Source: an uncultured Planctomycetales bacterium (GTDB lineage: Bacteria; Planctomycetota; UBA1135). Taken from it: a DNA stretch of 42,597 nt. The stretch is from assembly GCA_964591365.1 (NCBI GenBank), contig CAZQAP010000002.1:1-42597 (forward strand). Reading direction: 5' to 3'. The position numbers and the translations under genes were made by a program. Below the pieces are notes generated by a model. That model was not told where the DNA came from and ran no database searches. It worked only from the letters and a program-made list of their open reading frames with translations. Positions 1 to 8,646 of this stretch are shown here, in pieces (the stretch's first letter is position 1; the number at the start of each line of letters is the position of its first letter).

Positions 1-207
1 ATTCCTGGGGGATGAGGGGCGCGCCTGGAGCGGTGTGGCTGAACGGTTCGGCCGTTACGGGGGCCCCGGTGGCAAGGATCCTCCTTCCAAGGGCCAGATG
101 CCACCAGACGTCCCCCGAATCGATGGGAGCGAGGGCCTGGAAAAGGGAAACGGAAAGGATGCCTGCGACGCACCCGGCTGCAATCCGCAGGCGAAGGACG
201 GAAGGAG

Positions 208-230
208 AACGAATCGGTCCGCCGATTCCG
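208..230 (-). terminator. candidate intrinsic terminator downstream of the small CDS at 241-468
   Basis: 7-bp stem GAATCGG (211-217) / CCGATTC (222-228) with a 4-nt loop. On the minus strand it is followed by GTTCTCCTT. Confidence 0.35.
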
Positions 231-240
231 GCGCGGGTCG

Positions 241-468
241 TTAGAAGACGACTCGCTGGAGGTCGTAGATGTGGAAATCGACCGAAGTTTCGTTGTCGAT
301 GTTGATCAGTCTTCCGGTTCCGAGACGCTCGACGAACGTGATCGCCCCGTCGACCGCCCGCCCGTCCTTGAATTCCAGGCGGACGTTCGGCTCGGTGCGG
401 GCCCTGCGAAGGCGGGTGAGGATCCTGTGGTAGTCGGGAGGGAGCGTGTCGTTTGCGCGTCGAACCAT
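241..468 (-). CDS. hypothetical small protein (75 aa)
   Basis: Internal ATG at 468 of ORF 241-705, preceded by AGGAA. The product MVRRANDTLPPDYHRILTRL...HIYDLQRVVF has a non-repetitive, protein-like composition. It lies 35 nt downstream of the Nudix-like gene on the same strand. No family recognised. Confidence 0.4.
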   Translation of the reverse strand: MVRRANDTLPPDYHRILTRLRRARTEPNVRLEFKDGRAVDGAITFVERLGTGRLINIDNETSVDFHIYDLQRVVF

Positions 469-502
469 GTGTTCAATTCCTGCCGGAAGGCCGGCGATGG
501 AG

Positions 503-1240
503 TCAGGTCTTGGAAGTTCCGGCAAGGTGCGCCCGCAAGGCGTCCGAGCCGGGTGGACCGTCTGACTTGAGGGGATCCAAGGCTCCCGATTGCAGGAGAA
601 GAGTGGACCAGGTTTCGAAGGAACGGGAACCATCCCGGCTCGCTGCAACGAGGCGAGCCAGGGGTTCGAAGCTGCCGGCCATGGCGGAGGTTTCGCGCAC
701 CGCAAGTTCGAGGCCGGAGGAATCGAGGCGATAGACGATTCCCAGGTGGACGGAGCCCACCGCGGAGGAATCGTCGTTGAGCACGCCCAGGGGCTTGAGC
801 GGAAGGGGAAGGTCCGGCAGGACGAGTTCCTCGTTCAGCTCGCGCAGGCAGGCGTTCTTGATCAGGCAGGGGCTGGAGTTCTTCGGCGAGGCTTCGGAGT
901 GGCCGGGCTGGTCGACGGGGTTGACGTGTCCCCCCACTCCGATGCTGGCGAGCCCGTGCAGGCGCCGTTCGGTCTGGGTGACCAGACGCGTGAGGCACAA
1001 CACTTCGCAGGCTCCCTCGTCTGCCGCGGTCTCTCCCCGTGGCCGGGTGACCGCCACGTAGGGAATGGCCTGCTTGAACTCGGAATGGGATTCGGCATAG
1101 CGCCGCTCCATGAAGAAGCCTTCTTCGCGCAAAGGCCCCAGAATCCGGTCTTCCAGTTCCTCCTCTTCCAGGGCCAGGAACCCCTGAAGATTCCGTCCTG
1201 GAAGAAGGGCGCTGCGGGGGGAAACCCAGACGAACTCCAT
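503..1240 (-). CDS. Nudix-like hydrolase family protein
   Basis: ATG at 1240 (MEFVWVSP...). It has a Nudix-box-like segment GVGGHVNPVD...CLRELNEELVLP. The part of ORF 503-1303 upstream of this ATG is probably not coding. Confidence 0.5.
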   Translation of the reverse strand: MEFVWVSPRSALLPGRNLQGFLALEEEELEDRILGPLREEGFFMERRYAESHSEFKQAIPYVAVTRPRGETAADEGACEVLCLTRLVTQTERRLHGLASIGVGGHVNPVDQPGHSEASPKNSSPCLIKNACLRELNEELVLPDLPLPLKPLGVLNDDSSAVGSVHLGIVYRLDSSGLELAVRETSAMAGSFEPLARLVAASRDGSRSFETWSTLLLQSGALDPLKSDGPPGSDALRAHLAGTSKT

Positions 1241-1313
1241 CCAGGGTGAATTTCTACGGAAAGACGGGCGGCGGCGCAAGGGGTTGGGGCCAAAAAAACC
1301 CAATTTGTTGGGG

Positions 1314-1334
1314 ACTTGTGGAAATCGTCCACAA
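1314..1334. promoter_or_regulatory. perfect 8-bp inverted repeat CTTGTGGA-N5-TCCACAAG, candidate operator upstream of the Nudix-like gene
   Basis: Read directly from the sequence. It sits about 75-95 nt upstream of the ATG at 1240, in the rnpB/Nudix intergenic region. Confidence 0.25.
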
Positions 1335-1398
1335 GGTGTTGGGCCTGGGGGAACCTGGGGAAGGATGGTGGAAAACCGCCCTCCAGCAGGGAAAATGA

Positions 1399-1420
1399 TC
1401 CCAAAAACCCCTTTCCCGGG
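1399..1420 (-). terminator. weak candidate terminator at the rnpB 3' end
   Basis: The minus strand reads CCCC-GGGAAA-GGGG followed by TTTTT, immediately after the P1 3' strand of RNase P RNA. The stem is short. Confidence 0.3.
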
Positions 1421-1797
1421 GGGCGAGCGTCACCCTGTAAGCCGGGTTCTGTGCCTCCCCGAAGGGAGCGGCGGCCATTCCTCTAGGACCGGCGTTGCCG
1501 CAGGCCTCCAACGCCCTACCCGGAGGTCGAACGGCGCGGGCCACGCCATCCCTCCCTATTCGGGCTTTCTCCCGGTGGGGTTTGCCCTGCCACGCCTGTC
1601 ACCAGGCGCGCGGTGAGCTCTTACCTCGCCGTTTCACCCTTGCCGAAGCGGGAAACCCGTCCCGGCGGTTTGTTTTCTGTGGCACTTTCCCTGGGGTTGC
1701 CCCCGGTGGGCGTTACCCACCACCGTGCCCTGTGGAGCCCGGACTTTCCTCGCGCGGATCGAAGATCCGCCCGCGGCCGCCCGGGTGACGCTCGCCC
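1420..1797 (-). ncRNA. rnpB: RNase P RNA, bacterial type A
   Basis: The minus strand carries the universally conserved P4 strands GAGGAAAGTCCGGGCTCCACAGGGCA and CACAGAACCCGGCTTACAGGG. It also has GGTAACGCC...GGGAAAGTGCCACAGAAA and GGTAAGAGC.CACCGCG blocks. The P1 helix pairs GGGCGAGCGTCACC (5' end, 1797 downward) with GGTGACGCTCGCCC (3' end, about 1421-1434). Confidence 0.92.
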
Positions 1798-2262
1798 TCA
1801 GTATACCGGCGGGTCCTCTTCCGCGGGCGGGGGGGCCTCGTTCTGGAGTTCCTCCAGGTACTCCCGCAACAGAACCACTGCGGCGGTGGAGTCCAGGAAC
1901 GGTTTCGCCTTGCGGCGCCGCACCCCCACTTCGCGGAAGAGGCCCTCCGCCATCTTGGTCGTGTAGCGTTCGTCCCGCTCCTCGATCTTCGTGCCGGGCG
2001 GGAGTTTTCGGCGCAGCTCCCCGAGAAAGAGCCGCACCCGGGCGGCCTGGGCCCCTTCCAGGCCGGAGGGGAGATAAGGCATGCCGATGAGGACCAGGTC
2101 CACCTCCTTCTCCACGGCGGCCGCAACGACCCCCGCGACGGTTTTCCCCAGGTCTTCACTGACCACGGCCGGCAGGGGGTGGGCGGCGATTCCGAGCGCA
2201 TCGCTCACCGCCAGGCCGGTGCGCTTTCCGCCGTAATCGACCGCCAGGATCCGGGAGGCCAC
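1798..2262 (-). CDS. ruvX: Holliday-junction-resolvase-like putative pre-16S rRNA nuclease (YqgF/RuvX)
   Basis: GTG start at 2262 with GGAG 7 nt upstream. The N-terminus ILAVDYGGKRTGLAVSD is the YqgF signature, and the length (154 aa) is typical. Confidence 0.88.
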   Translation of the reverse strand: MASRILAVDYGGKRTGLAVSDALGIAAHPLPAVVSEDLGKTVAGVVAAAVEKEVDLVLIGMPYLPSGLEGAQAARVRLFLGELRRKLPPGTKIEERDERYTTKMAEGLFREVGVRRRKAKPFLDSTAAVVLLREYLEELQNEAPPPAEEDPPVY

Positions 2263-2275
2263 CGTGGGCTCCGGG

Positions 2276-3364
2276 TCAGAGAAGGTCCTCGCGGCCCATT
2301 TCCCGCAGGCGCTCCACCAGGCACTTCACCTCCTCGGCCCGGTCCCGGCGGGCCACCAGCACCGCATCCGCGGTGCGCACCACCACAACGTCCTGGAGCC
2401 CGAGCACGGCGATGGTGCCCGCAGTTCCCGAGTAGGCCAGGACACCGCTCGAATCCTCGGCCAGAAGGAGGCCGCCCCCGGGAAAGACGCTGGCGTTCCC
2501 CGATCCGTCGGGCCCGACCTCCTCGTAGAGCGCCTGCCAGGAGCCGACGTCGCTCCAGCTGAAGGGAGTCTCCAGCATGCGGACACCTTCCGCTTTCTCC
2601 ATCACGCCGTGATCGATGGAGATCGAGGGGAGCGCGGGGTAGATGCGTTCCAGCTCCGCCGCGAAGCGCGGAGTGTTCCAGGAGCCTGCGAGATCGGCGA
2701 GCCCCTCGGCAAGGTCGGGCAGAGCCTCGCGAATGGCTTCGAGAATGGTGTCCGCCCGCCAGAGGAAGATGCCCGAGTTCCAGAACCAGGTTCCTTCCGC
2801 GCGGTAGCGTTCGGCGGTGGCGCGGTCGGGTTTTTCGGTGAAGGACTCCACCTCGAAGCACGCGATGCCCAGGACGGAATCGAGCTGCCGCCCCCGGTGG
2901 ATGTAGCCGTAGCCGGTGGCCGGGCGTGCGGGCGGGATGCCGAAGGTGACCAGGCGCCCGGGTTCGGCCGCGACTTCCGCCCCCGCTTTCAGGGTCTTCT
3001 GAAAGGATTCCGCCGGGGCGATGGCGTGGTCCGCCGGGAGGACCGCCATGACGGCCTCTGGGTCCACCGCCGCCAGGACGGTGGCGGCGAGTCCGATGCA
3101 TGCTGCGGTGTTCCGCCCGCAGGGCTCCGCCAGGATGCGGTCCTCCCGCAGGCCGGGGCAGGCCTCACGGGCTCCGGCGGCCTGGCGGGCGTTGGTCACC
3201 ACCCAGGTCCGTTCCCGGGGAATCAGGGAACCCAGCCTGTCCACCGTTTCGGCGAGCATGGGCCGGCCTCCCGTGATGGGGAGGAACTGTTTCGGCCGGC
3301 AGACGCGGCTTTCGGGCCAGAACCGGGTGCCCGAGCCGCCGGCCATGATCACTGCGTGGAGCAT
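2276..3364 (-). CDS. mannose-1-phosphate guanylyltransferase (nucleotidyltransferase domain only)
   Basis: N-terminus AVIMAGGSGTRFWPESR..PKQF, then PADH, GYGYI and FTEKPD motifs typical of ManC/CpsB-type GDP-mannose pyrophosphorylases. 362 aa. Confidence 0.88.
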   Translation of the reverse strand: MLHAVIMAGGSGTRFWPESRVCRPKQFLPITGGRPMLAETVDRLGSLIPRERTWVVTNARQAAGAREACPGLREDRILAEPCGRNTAACIGLAATVLAAVDPEAVMAVLPADHAIAPAESFQKTLKAGAEVAAEPGRLVTFGIPPARPATGYGYIHRGRQLDSVLGIACFEVESFTEKPDRATAERYRAEGTWFWNSGIFLWRADTILEAIREALPDLAEGLADLAGSWNTPRFAAELERIYPALPSISIDHGVMEKAEGVRMLETPFSWSDVGSWQALYEEVGPDGSGNASVFPGGGLLLAEDSSGVLAYSGTAGTIAVLGLQDVVVVRTADAVLVARRDRAEEVKCLVERLREMGREDLL

Positions 3365-3401
3365 GGGAATGGCGTGCGGGAAGCCGGCATTCTAGCCGGG
3401 A

Positions 3402-6400
3402 TCATTGGCGCTTCCGGGGGACCTTCTCCACCGGAAGGACGGGAGAGATGCGCCAGTCGCCGGAGGGGATGTCAGGCAGCCAGAGCGGAAAAGGGTGCTG
3501 TTCCTTGCTGGAACCGGAAATCTTTCCGAAGGCACGCTGCGAGACGACCGGCCGTTCGATGGGCCCGCGCACGTCCTGTTCCACGAAGAGGTCGAAGATG
3601 TCTCCGATCAGGGGAAGCCCGGTCAGGAAGGAGATGGTCCGCACGGTGGCCTTCATGCGCAGGTAGCCGTCCAGACCGATCCAGCCCTCCCCCTTGACCT
3701 TCAGGAGCGGGTGGTCGAGAACGAACTCGTCGATCCGGATCCAGCCCCGGTTCTTGGCGGGGTCGCTGCGGAAACGCAGCAAGCCGCTCTGGAATTGCGG
3801 GGGTTCGACGCCGGCGAAACGCCACATGGAGGAGAGGACCGGCACCTGGCCGAGGACCCCCCCTTCGATCTCGAGCTGGCCGCGCCCCTTGTAATCGAGA
3901 GGGTCGGGCGAAGCGCTGCGGAAATCGAGCCGCCCTCCGACCCGCCCGCCGAGCGAGCCGCCCAGGTTGAGTTCGTCCCGCATCCGGGCAAGGCTGAGGT
4001 CCTCGAGGTGGAGCAGGGTCCGCAGCGGAGCTTGCGGAGTCAGTCCCATGCGGATCTCCCCCTCCTCGTCGCGGCCTTTCGGATCCTTCCCGTGGGTCAG
4101 GATCCGGCCTCCCAGAACGTCGGCCGAGAAGTGGTGGAAGACCACCTCGCGGGGATCGAAATTGATCTCTCCGTGGAAGCTGGAGGTCCGCAGGTCGTTC
4201 AGACGGACCTGGCCGCCGGACAGCGTCAACTCGGCCTGGAAGTCCTCGGGACCCTTCCAGGTGAAGCTGCGCAACGCAAGGGTTCCGCTGCCGTTGCGGA
4301 GCCGGGGCGGACCTTCGATCCGCAGGCCCGTGATGCCGAGTTCTCCGGTGGCGGAAAAGGAGGGCTGCCCGTCCGGAGGGAGGCGCAGGTCGACCCCCAG
4401 GCCCGGCGAACGGACCCGGCCGCGGAAACCGATCCTCTGGAAAGCCGCCCAGGCATCCTTGCTGAGCAGGTCCGCGAAAAAATCATTCACGTCGATTCCG
4501 CCGGCGGTTTCGAGCCGGGCATGGATGCGGGTTTCTTCCCCCGAAGGGGTGGCGGAAAGGTCGTGGAGCAGGAGACGGCCGGCGGGATTCTCGAGTTCGA
4601 GAAGGCGGCTGCGGGCCCCGGAGCCGGAGAAGTAAACGTCCCCTTGCAGACGGGTGGCTGCCGTTTCTCCGGCCGCGCTTTTCAGTTCCAAGGGATCCAG
4701 CTTCAGGAAGCCCTCCAGCGAGGCAGGATCCTCCAGATCGAGCGACGCGGAGAAGGCGAGCCGGCCGGAGAGATCCAGGCCGGCGAGGTCTTCTCCCAAG
4801 GCGGGGGACAGGATTCCCGCCAGGTCCGACAGCTCGGGCGAGACGTCGAAATCGGGGACCGTGCCCCAGAAGCGGTTCCAGCGGCTCCCCCTTCCCGACA
4901 CGTTCACCATCGAAGCCGCGAATCCGTTGCCCGCCAGGGTGCCGGTGATCCCCGGAGCGGCAAGGGCCGACCAGGCTCCATGGCGGGCCACCGTAACCGG
5001 CCCGGCGAGCTGGGAGATGCGCAGGTCCATCTTCCCCTCCGAAGGGTGCGGAATGTGGAGGACCAGCGAATCTCCGGCCAGGCCGGCGCGGGCGAAGATC
5101 TGGGGAAGCGGCCGGCCGGCCGGCCGGCGGAAGAAAACCTCCAGGTGGTTGGGACCGGAAAGCTCCAGCCGGGAAAAGATCTCCGGCAGTTCCAAGGAAT
5201 CCTGCAGGATGGGCCATTCTTCCTTTTTCGGCTGCAGATCGGCTCCCGTGATGCGCACCGCCACCGAGGGGAGGTCTTCCCCTTCGGCTTCGGCAAGATG
5301 CCCGTTGAAAGCGACGCGGGAGCCCAGGGCTTCCACCTCTCCTTGGAAGCGGGCCAGACCGGGGCGCCAGCGCAGGCGGGTCTGCAGGAGATGGGAGCGC
5401 ACCGGAAGGAAGGCGGGCAGGAACTGGCATTCCGAGAGCAGGCCGTCCATGGACACCTCCACGCGGGAGGCAAGAAGCGGGCGCCTCAAGAAGATGTCGA
5501 GGTCGAGCCGCCCCCCCCGGGGAACGCCGAGGTCCTCCCAGATCTCCAGCAATCCTGGCACGCCGCGCGCCGCCTCATGCACCTCTTCGTCGACGGGAAG
5601 GCCCTCGATTCCGACGTCCAGGTGGATGCCGGCCGGTCCGTCGCCGAATTCCATCGAACCGCGGGTGGTGAACCGGCCGGCACCCATCGATCCGTGGAGG
5701 TCGGCCAAAGCGCGCAGCCCGGCCAGTGTGAAATCCCCCGCGAGCCCGCGGATGGGGTAGGGGAAGGCGGGCCGCGCCCCGTCGTCCTCGAGGAAACCCC
5801 GGTAGGTGCTCCCGAAATCCCGCACGGGGACGTGGGCCACCCAGCGAAGCGGCCCGCGGGAATCCCATCGGAAAACGAACCCGCTGGCCAGATCGCCGCG
5901 CAGTTCCAGGGCCCGGAAGGCCTCGGCCGTACCTTCATCGAGTTTCGCGATTCGTTCGAGGAGCGGCTCGTCGATGGGAACCGGTTCGGTGGAGCCGCGC
6001 AGGCGGAGTCGGAGATCCCCTGCGGGGTTCCGCAGGAAGGAACCCTGCACCTCGAGCGGGATTCCTGCAAACGTTCCACCGCCATGGACCTCGATGGCGG
6101 CGGTCAGGCTGCCGGAAACGTCCAGATGGAAGCCCCGGCAGTCGAGGTCGGCGCCGAGGAAATCGCCGCCCAGATCGGCGAGGCGCCCCTCGACACGGGC
6201 CGCTTGCAGGCCGTTCCGGCCCCCCTCCAGGTGAGCGCGAAGGGAAAGGGATTCCGCCCGGCAGGTCGCCAGGGCATCGATGCCCGTTCCTTCCAGGTCG
6301 AGGGGCGCGGCCTCGCCGGCCAGGTCGAGAATCCACCTTTCGAATCCTTGGCTGGAAGCGATCCAGGCCCGGACGCTCAAGCCTCCGGGAAGGCCGGCCG

Positions 6401-6908
6401 TTCCCCGCAGTTGCAGGCCGCGCGGTTCAAGGATCCCCTCGAGTTGAGGAAACCGGGCTTCCAGGGGAACCTTCAGGCCCGCCTCGGTCCATCTCAATAT
6501 TCCCTTTTCAACCCGAAAGGGCAGGCGGGGCAGGGAGAGGGTTTCCCCGCCGCGCGGCAGGTGTTCGAGAAAAGCCCGGTCGAGTTCCAGGACCGGGGCG
6601 TGGAGAACGAGACTGCGAGGTTCGAGGAATCCGGGCGCCCCGGGGAGCAGGCCCGCTTGCAGGTCGAGCCGGTCCAGGACGAGGGAGAAGCCGTCCCCTC
6701 CCTGAAGGGAGAGGTTTTCGAGCACCATGCGCCCGGAACCCCAGCGGATGCGGGCTTTTCCGACTGTGGCGGTGATTCCGAGTTCGGGCGGGAGCGCCGC
6801 CTCGATCCGTCTCCGCACCAACTCGCGGGGAAGCGGGATGGGCACCCAGGCCGACCCCGCCAGCAGCAGCGAGAAACCGGCCCCGAAGAGGAGGCGGAAG
6901 GTGCGCAT
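3402..6908 (-). CDS. AsmA/TamB-like large envelope protein (1168 aa)
   Basis: ATG at 6908, 2 nt after the alr stop. It has an N-terminal signal anchor (MRTFRLLFGAGFSLLLAGSAW) and a long beta-rich, repetitive body. The C-terminus (LLRFRSDPAKNRGWIRIDEFVLDHPLLKVKGEGWIGLDGYL) resembles the AsmA-family C-terminal region. Family assignment is by resemblance only. Confidence 0.6.
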   Translation of the reverse strand: MRTFRLLFGAGFSLLLAGSAWVPIPLPRELVRRRIEAALPPELGITATVGKARIRWGSGRMVLENLSLQGGDGFSLVLDRLDLQAGLLPGAPGFLEPRSLVLHAPVLELDRAFLEHLPRGGETLSLPRLPFRVEKGILRWTEAGLKVPLEARFPQLEGILEPRGLQLRGTAGLPGGLSVRAWIASSQGFERWILDLAGEAAPLDLEGTGIDALATCRAESLSLRAHLEGGRNGLQAARVEGRLADLGGDFLGADLDCRGFHLDVSGSLTAAIEVHGGGTFAGIPLEVQGSFLRNPAGDLRLRLRGSTEPVPIDEPLLERIAKLDEGTAEAFRALELRGDLASGFVFRWDSRGPLRWVAHVPVRDFGSTYRGFLEDDGARPAFPYPIRGLAGDFTLAGLRALADLHGSMGAGRFTTRGSMEFGDGPAGIHLDVGIEGLPVDEEVHEAARGVPGLLEIWEDLGVPRGGRLDLDIFLRRPLLASRVEVSMDGLLSECQFLPAFLPVRSHLLQTRLRWRPGLARFQGEVEALGSRVAFNGHLAEAEGEDLPSVAVRITGADLQPKKEEWPILQDSLELPEIFSRLELSGPNHLEVFFRRPAGRPLPQIFARAGLAGDSLVLHIPHPSEGKMDLRISQLAGPVTVARHGAWSALAAPGITGTLAGNGFAASMVNVSGRGSRWNRFWGTVPDFDVSPELSDLAGILSPALGEDLAGLDLSGRLAFSASLDLEDPASLEGFLKLDPLELKSAAGETAATRLQGDVYFSGSGARSRLLELENPAGRLLLHDLSATPSGEETRIHARLETAGGIDVNDFFADLLSKDAWAAFQRIGFRGRVRSPGLGVDLRLPPDGQPSFSATGELGITGLRIEGPPRLRNGSGTLALRSFTWKGPEDFQAELTLSGGQVRLNDLRTSSFHGEINFDPREVVFHHFSADVLGGRILTHGKDPKGRDEEGEIRMGLTPQAPLRTLLHLEDLSLARMRDELNLGGSLGGRVGGRLDFRSASPDPLDYKGRGQLEIEGGVLGQVPVLSSMWRFAGVEPPQFQSGLLRFRSDPAKNRGWIRIDEFVLDHPLLKVKGEGWIGLDGYLRMKATVRTISFLTGLPLIGDIFDLFVEQDVRGPIERPVVSQRAFGKISGSSKEQHPFPLWLPDIPSGDWRISPVLPVEKVPRKRQ

Positions 6909-6910
6909 CG

Positions 6911-8080
6911 TCAGGAAGGAGGGGGGCTCGCCAGGGATGGCGCGGGGGACTGGAGGGGGGCGTCGAAGAAGACGCGCCGCACCCGGGATCCGACCGAGCA
7001 GGTGATCTCGTAGGGAATGGTTCCGGCGGCGCGGGCCAGTTCGAGCAAACCCAGCTCCTCTTCGCCGTCCCTGCCGACCAGGGTGGCGGTGTCGCCCACC
7101 CGGGTGCCGGGGACGTGGCCCACGTCGGCCGTGCAATAGTCCATGGAGATGGCGCCGACCAGCGGGCAGCGGCGCCCGCGGACGAGGACCGCCCCCCGGC
7201 CTTCCCGTCCCAGCCGGTAGGGAACGCCGTCGCAGTAGCCGATCGGGAGGGTGGCGATGCGGGTGGGCCGCAGTGCCTGCCACCCGCCCCCGTAACCCAC
7301 CCGGGTTCCCGCCTGAATGTCCTTCAGGAACACGATCTGGGTACGAAGCGAGAGGACCGGGCGCAGGCCGGGATCGACCGCCAGGCCTTCCGGAAGAAGG
7401 CCGTAGAGCGCCAGGCCGACCCGCACCGCGTCTCCATACGGCCGGTCCGCGGAGAAAAGCGCCGCGGAATTGGCGCAATGGACGGTGGGGAGGCCTTTTC
7501 CGGCATTCCTCCACCTGGCAAGGACCTGTTCGAAACAGCCCAGCTGGACCCGGGTGAAAGGGTCGGAAAAGCCCTGCGGAGAGGCGATGTGGGTCATGAT
7601 TCCCCTCAGCTCGAGCCAGGGTTCTGCCGCGAGGGTTTCGGCCACGCGCAGGGCGGCATCGGGCCGGACCCCCAGGCGGGTCATTCCGGTGTCGATCTTG
7701 AGGTGTACGCCCAGCTTGCGGCGCGCCTTGCGGGCCGCTGCGCCGAGCATCCGGACGCGGCTTTCGGAGTGGACCCCAACCTCGATCCGGTACCGGAGGA
7801 GGGCTGCGACCTCGGCGTCGATCACCGTTCCGAGCACCAGGACCGGGGTGCGGATTCCCGCCCGGCGGAGTTCCAGGGCCTCGCCGCTGTCGCCCACCCC
7901 GATGCGCTCCACGCTTTCCTCCTCGCAGATCCGGGCTATCCGGACCGCACCGTGGCCGTAGGCGTTGGCCTTGAGGACCGGCCACACCGCAGCCACCCCG
8001 GCCCGTTTGCGAACAAGGGCAAGATTGTGGCGGAACGCGGCCAGATCGATTTCCGCCCAGGCGCGCAGGCGGGAGGCCAT
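6911..8080 (-). CDS. alr: alanine racemase
   Basis: The PLP-lysine motif VLKANAYGHG is near the N-terminus. The C-terminal ISMDYCTADV and YEITCSVGSRVRR blocks are present. 389 aa. Confidence 0.93.
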   Translation of the reverse strand: MASRLRAWAEIDLAAFRHNLALVRKRAGVAAVWPVLKANAYGHGAVRIARICEEESVERIGVGDSGEALELRRAGIRTPVLVLGTVIDAEVAALLRYRIEVGVHSESRVRMLGAAARKARRKLGVHLKIDTGMTRLGVRPDAALRVAETLAAEPWLELRGIMTHIASPQGFSDPFTRVQLGCFEQVLARWRNAGKGLPTVHCANSAALFSADRPYGDAVRVGLALYGLLPEGLAVDPGLRPVLSLRTQIVFLKDIQAGTRVGYGGGWQALRPTRIATLPIGYCDGVPYRLGREGRGAVLVRGRRCPLVGAISMDYCTADVGHVPGTRVGDTATLVGRDGEEELGLLELARAAGTIPYEITCSVGSRVRRVFFDAPLQSPAPSLASPPPS

Positions 8081-8268
8081 GGAGGGGAATGTAACGGCTG
8101 GACCGGGGTGGGTTCCAGACTCCTGGGGCCCAATGGGGTGTCGGGAGATCTTTCGGGGTTCCCGTTCCGGGCGGGACCCGGGCCCCCGGTCCGCCCGGCA
8201 ACCTGGTCCCGCGGAGTCCCCACCAGGCGTAAATTCCCAAATAAAGGCCCATTTTCAGGGTTTAGGGT

Positions 8269-8297
8269 TTGACCCAGGGCTTCCTGTCGGTTCCAAT
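8269..8297 (+). promoter_or_regulatory. candidate sigma70-type promoter for the histone-fold gene
   Basis: TTGACC (8269-8274), 17-nt spacer, TCCAAT (8292-8297). It lies in a locally lower-GC stretch about 100 nt upstream of ATG 8396. It is followed by the direct repeat GAATGGGT-N3-GAATGGGT. Confidence 0.25.
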
Positions 8298-8395
8298 GAA
8301 TGGGTTGGGAATGGGTCAACCGCTCCTTCCTTGAACACCACCCCTCCTCGGAAGGCGAAGGCCGACGAGGATCAACCGAAAGACAACCAGGAATC

Positions 8396-8632
8396 ATGGC
8401 CAGAAAAAAGGCAAAGACGACCAAGAAGAAGACGAAGCGGAGCGGGAGCAGGAGTTCCCGGATCGCCGAGTTGATCATCTCCAAGAGCCGGACCAAGGGG
8501 GCCGTCAAGCGTTGCAACGTTTCGAGCGACTTCTACCCGGCCCTGGATCAATACGTCCGGAGTGCCATCAAGGAAGCGGAAGGCCGCGCGACCGCCAACG
8601 GCCGCAAGACCCTTCGTCCCCAAGATCTGTAG
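8396..8632 (+). CDS. histone-fold DNA-binding protein (bacterial histone-like singlet) with a lysine-rich N-terminal tail
   Basis: ATG at 8396 preceded by AGGAA. The tail is MARKKAKTTKKKTKRSGSRSSR. The body, IAELIISKSRTKGAVKRCNVSSDFYPALDQYVRSAIKEAEGRATANGRKTLRPQDL, aligns by eye to the archaeal HMfB pattern. Compare ...VSDDARITLAKILEEMGRDIASEAIKLARHAGRKTIKAEDI, including the L2/alpha3 signature GRKT(L/I)xxxD(L/I). Confidence 0.62.
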   Translation: MARKKAKTTKKKTKRSGSRSSRIAELIISKSRTKGAVKRCNVSSDFYPALDQYVRSAIKEAEGRATANGRKTLRPQDL

Positions 8633-8646
8633 ACCGGATTCCTCCG

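Noticed and set aside
1-207. The left-edge 200 nt have no convincing gene. I looked for a tRNA, SRP RNA, 6S RNA or a leader (for example CGGAAGGAGAAC resembling an SRP domain IV fragment).
   Set aside because: I found no cloverleaf, no GNRA-capped conserved SRP helix, and no start codon with an extended frame. The ORF-track entries 12-305 and 35-244 are Arg/Gly/Pro-rich and probably spurious. I leave the region unannotated.
3405-7013. A 1202-aa plus-strand ORF antisense to the AsmA-like gene. Similar composite ORFs occur at 10513-12270, 13951-16701, 16643-17752 and 18738-20399 (its part upstream of hutI).
   Set aside because: These are GC-rich antisense frames with biased, low-complexity composition and no recognisable motifs. 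Each is fully overlapped by a confidently identified gene on the other strand.
3402-8252. A 1616-aa minus-strand ORF that looks like one giant gene.
   Set aside because: Only the part from ATG 6908 downward is a coherent protein (the AsmA/TamB-like gene). The upstream ~450 codons are Arg/Pro/Gly-rich read-through lying out of frame over the clearly genuine alanine racemase gene (6911-8080).
8255-8272. GGGTTTAGGGTTTG, two copies of the plant-type telomeric heptamer TTTAGGG.
   Set aside because: There are only two units, inside a divergent promoter region of a bacterial chromosome. This is most simply chance, overlapping a -35-like TTGACC.
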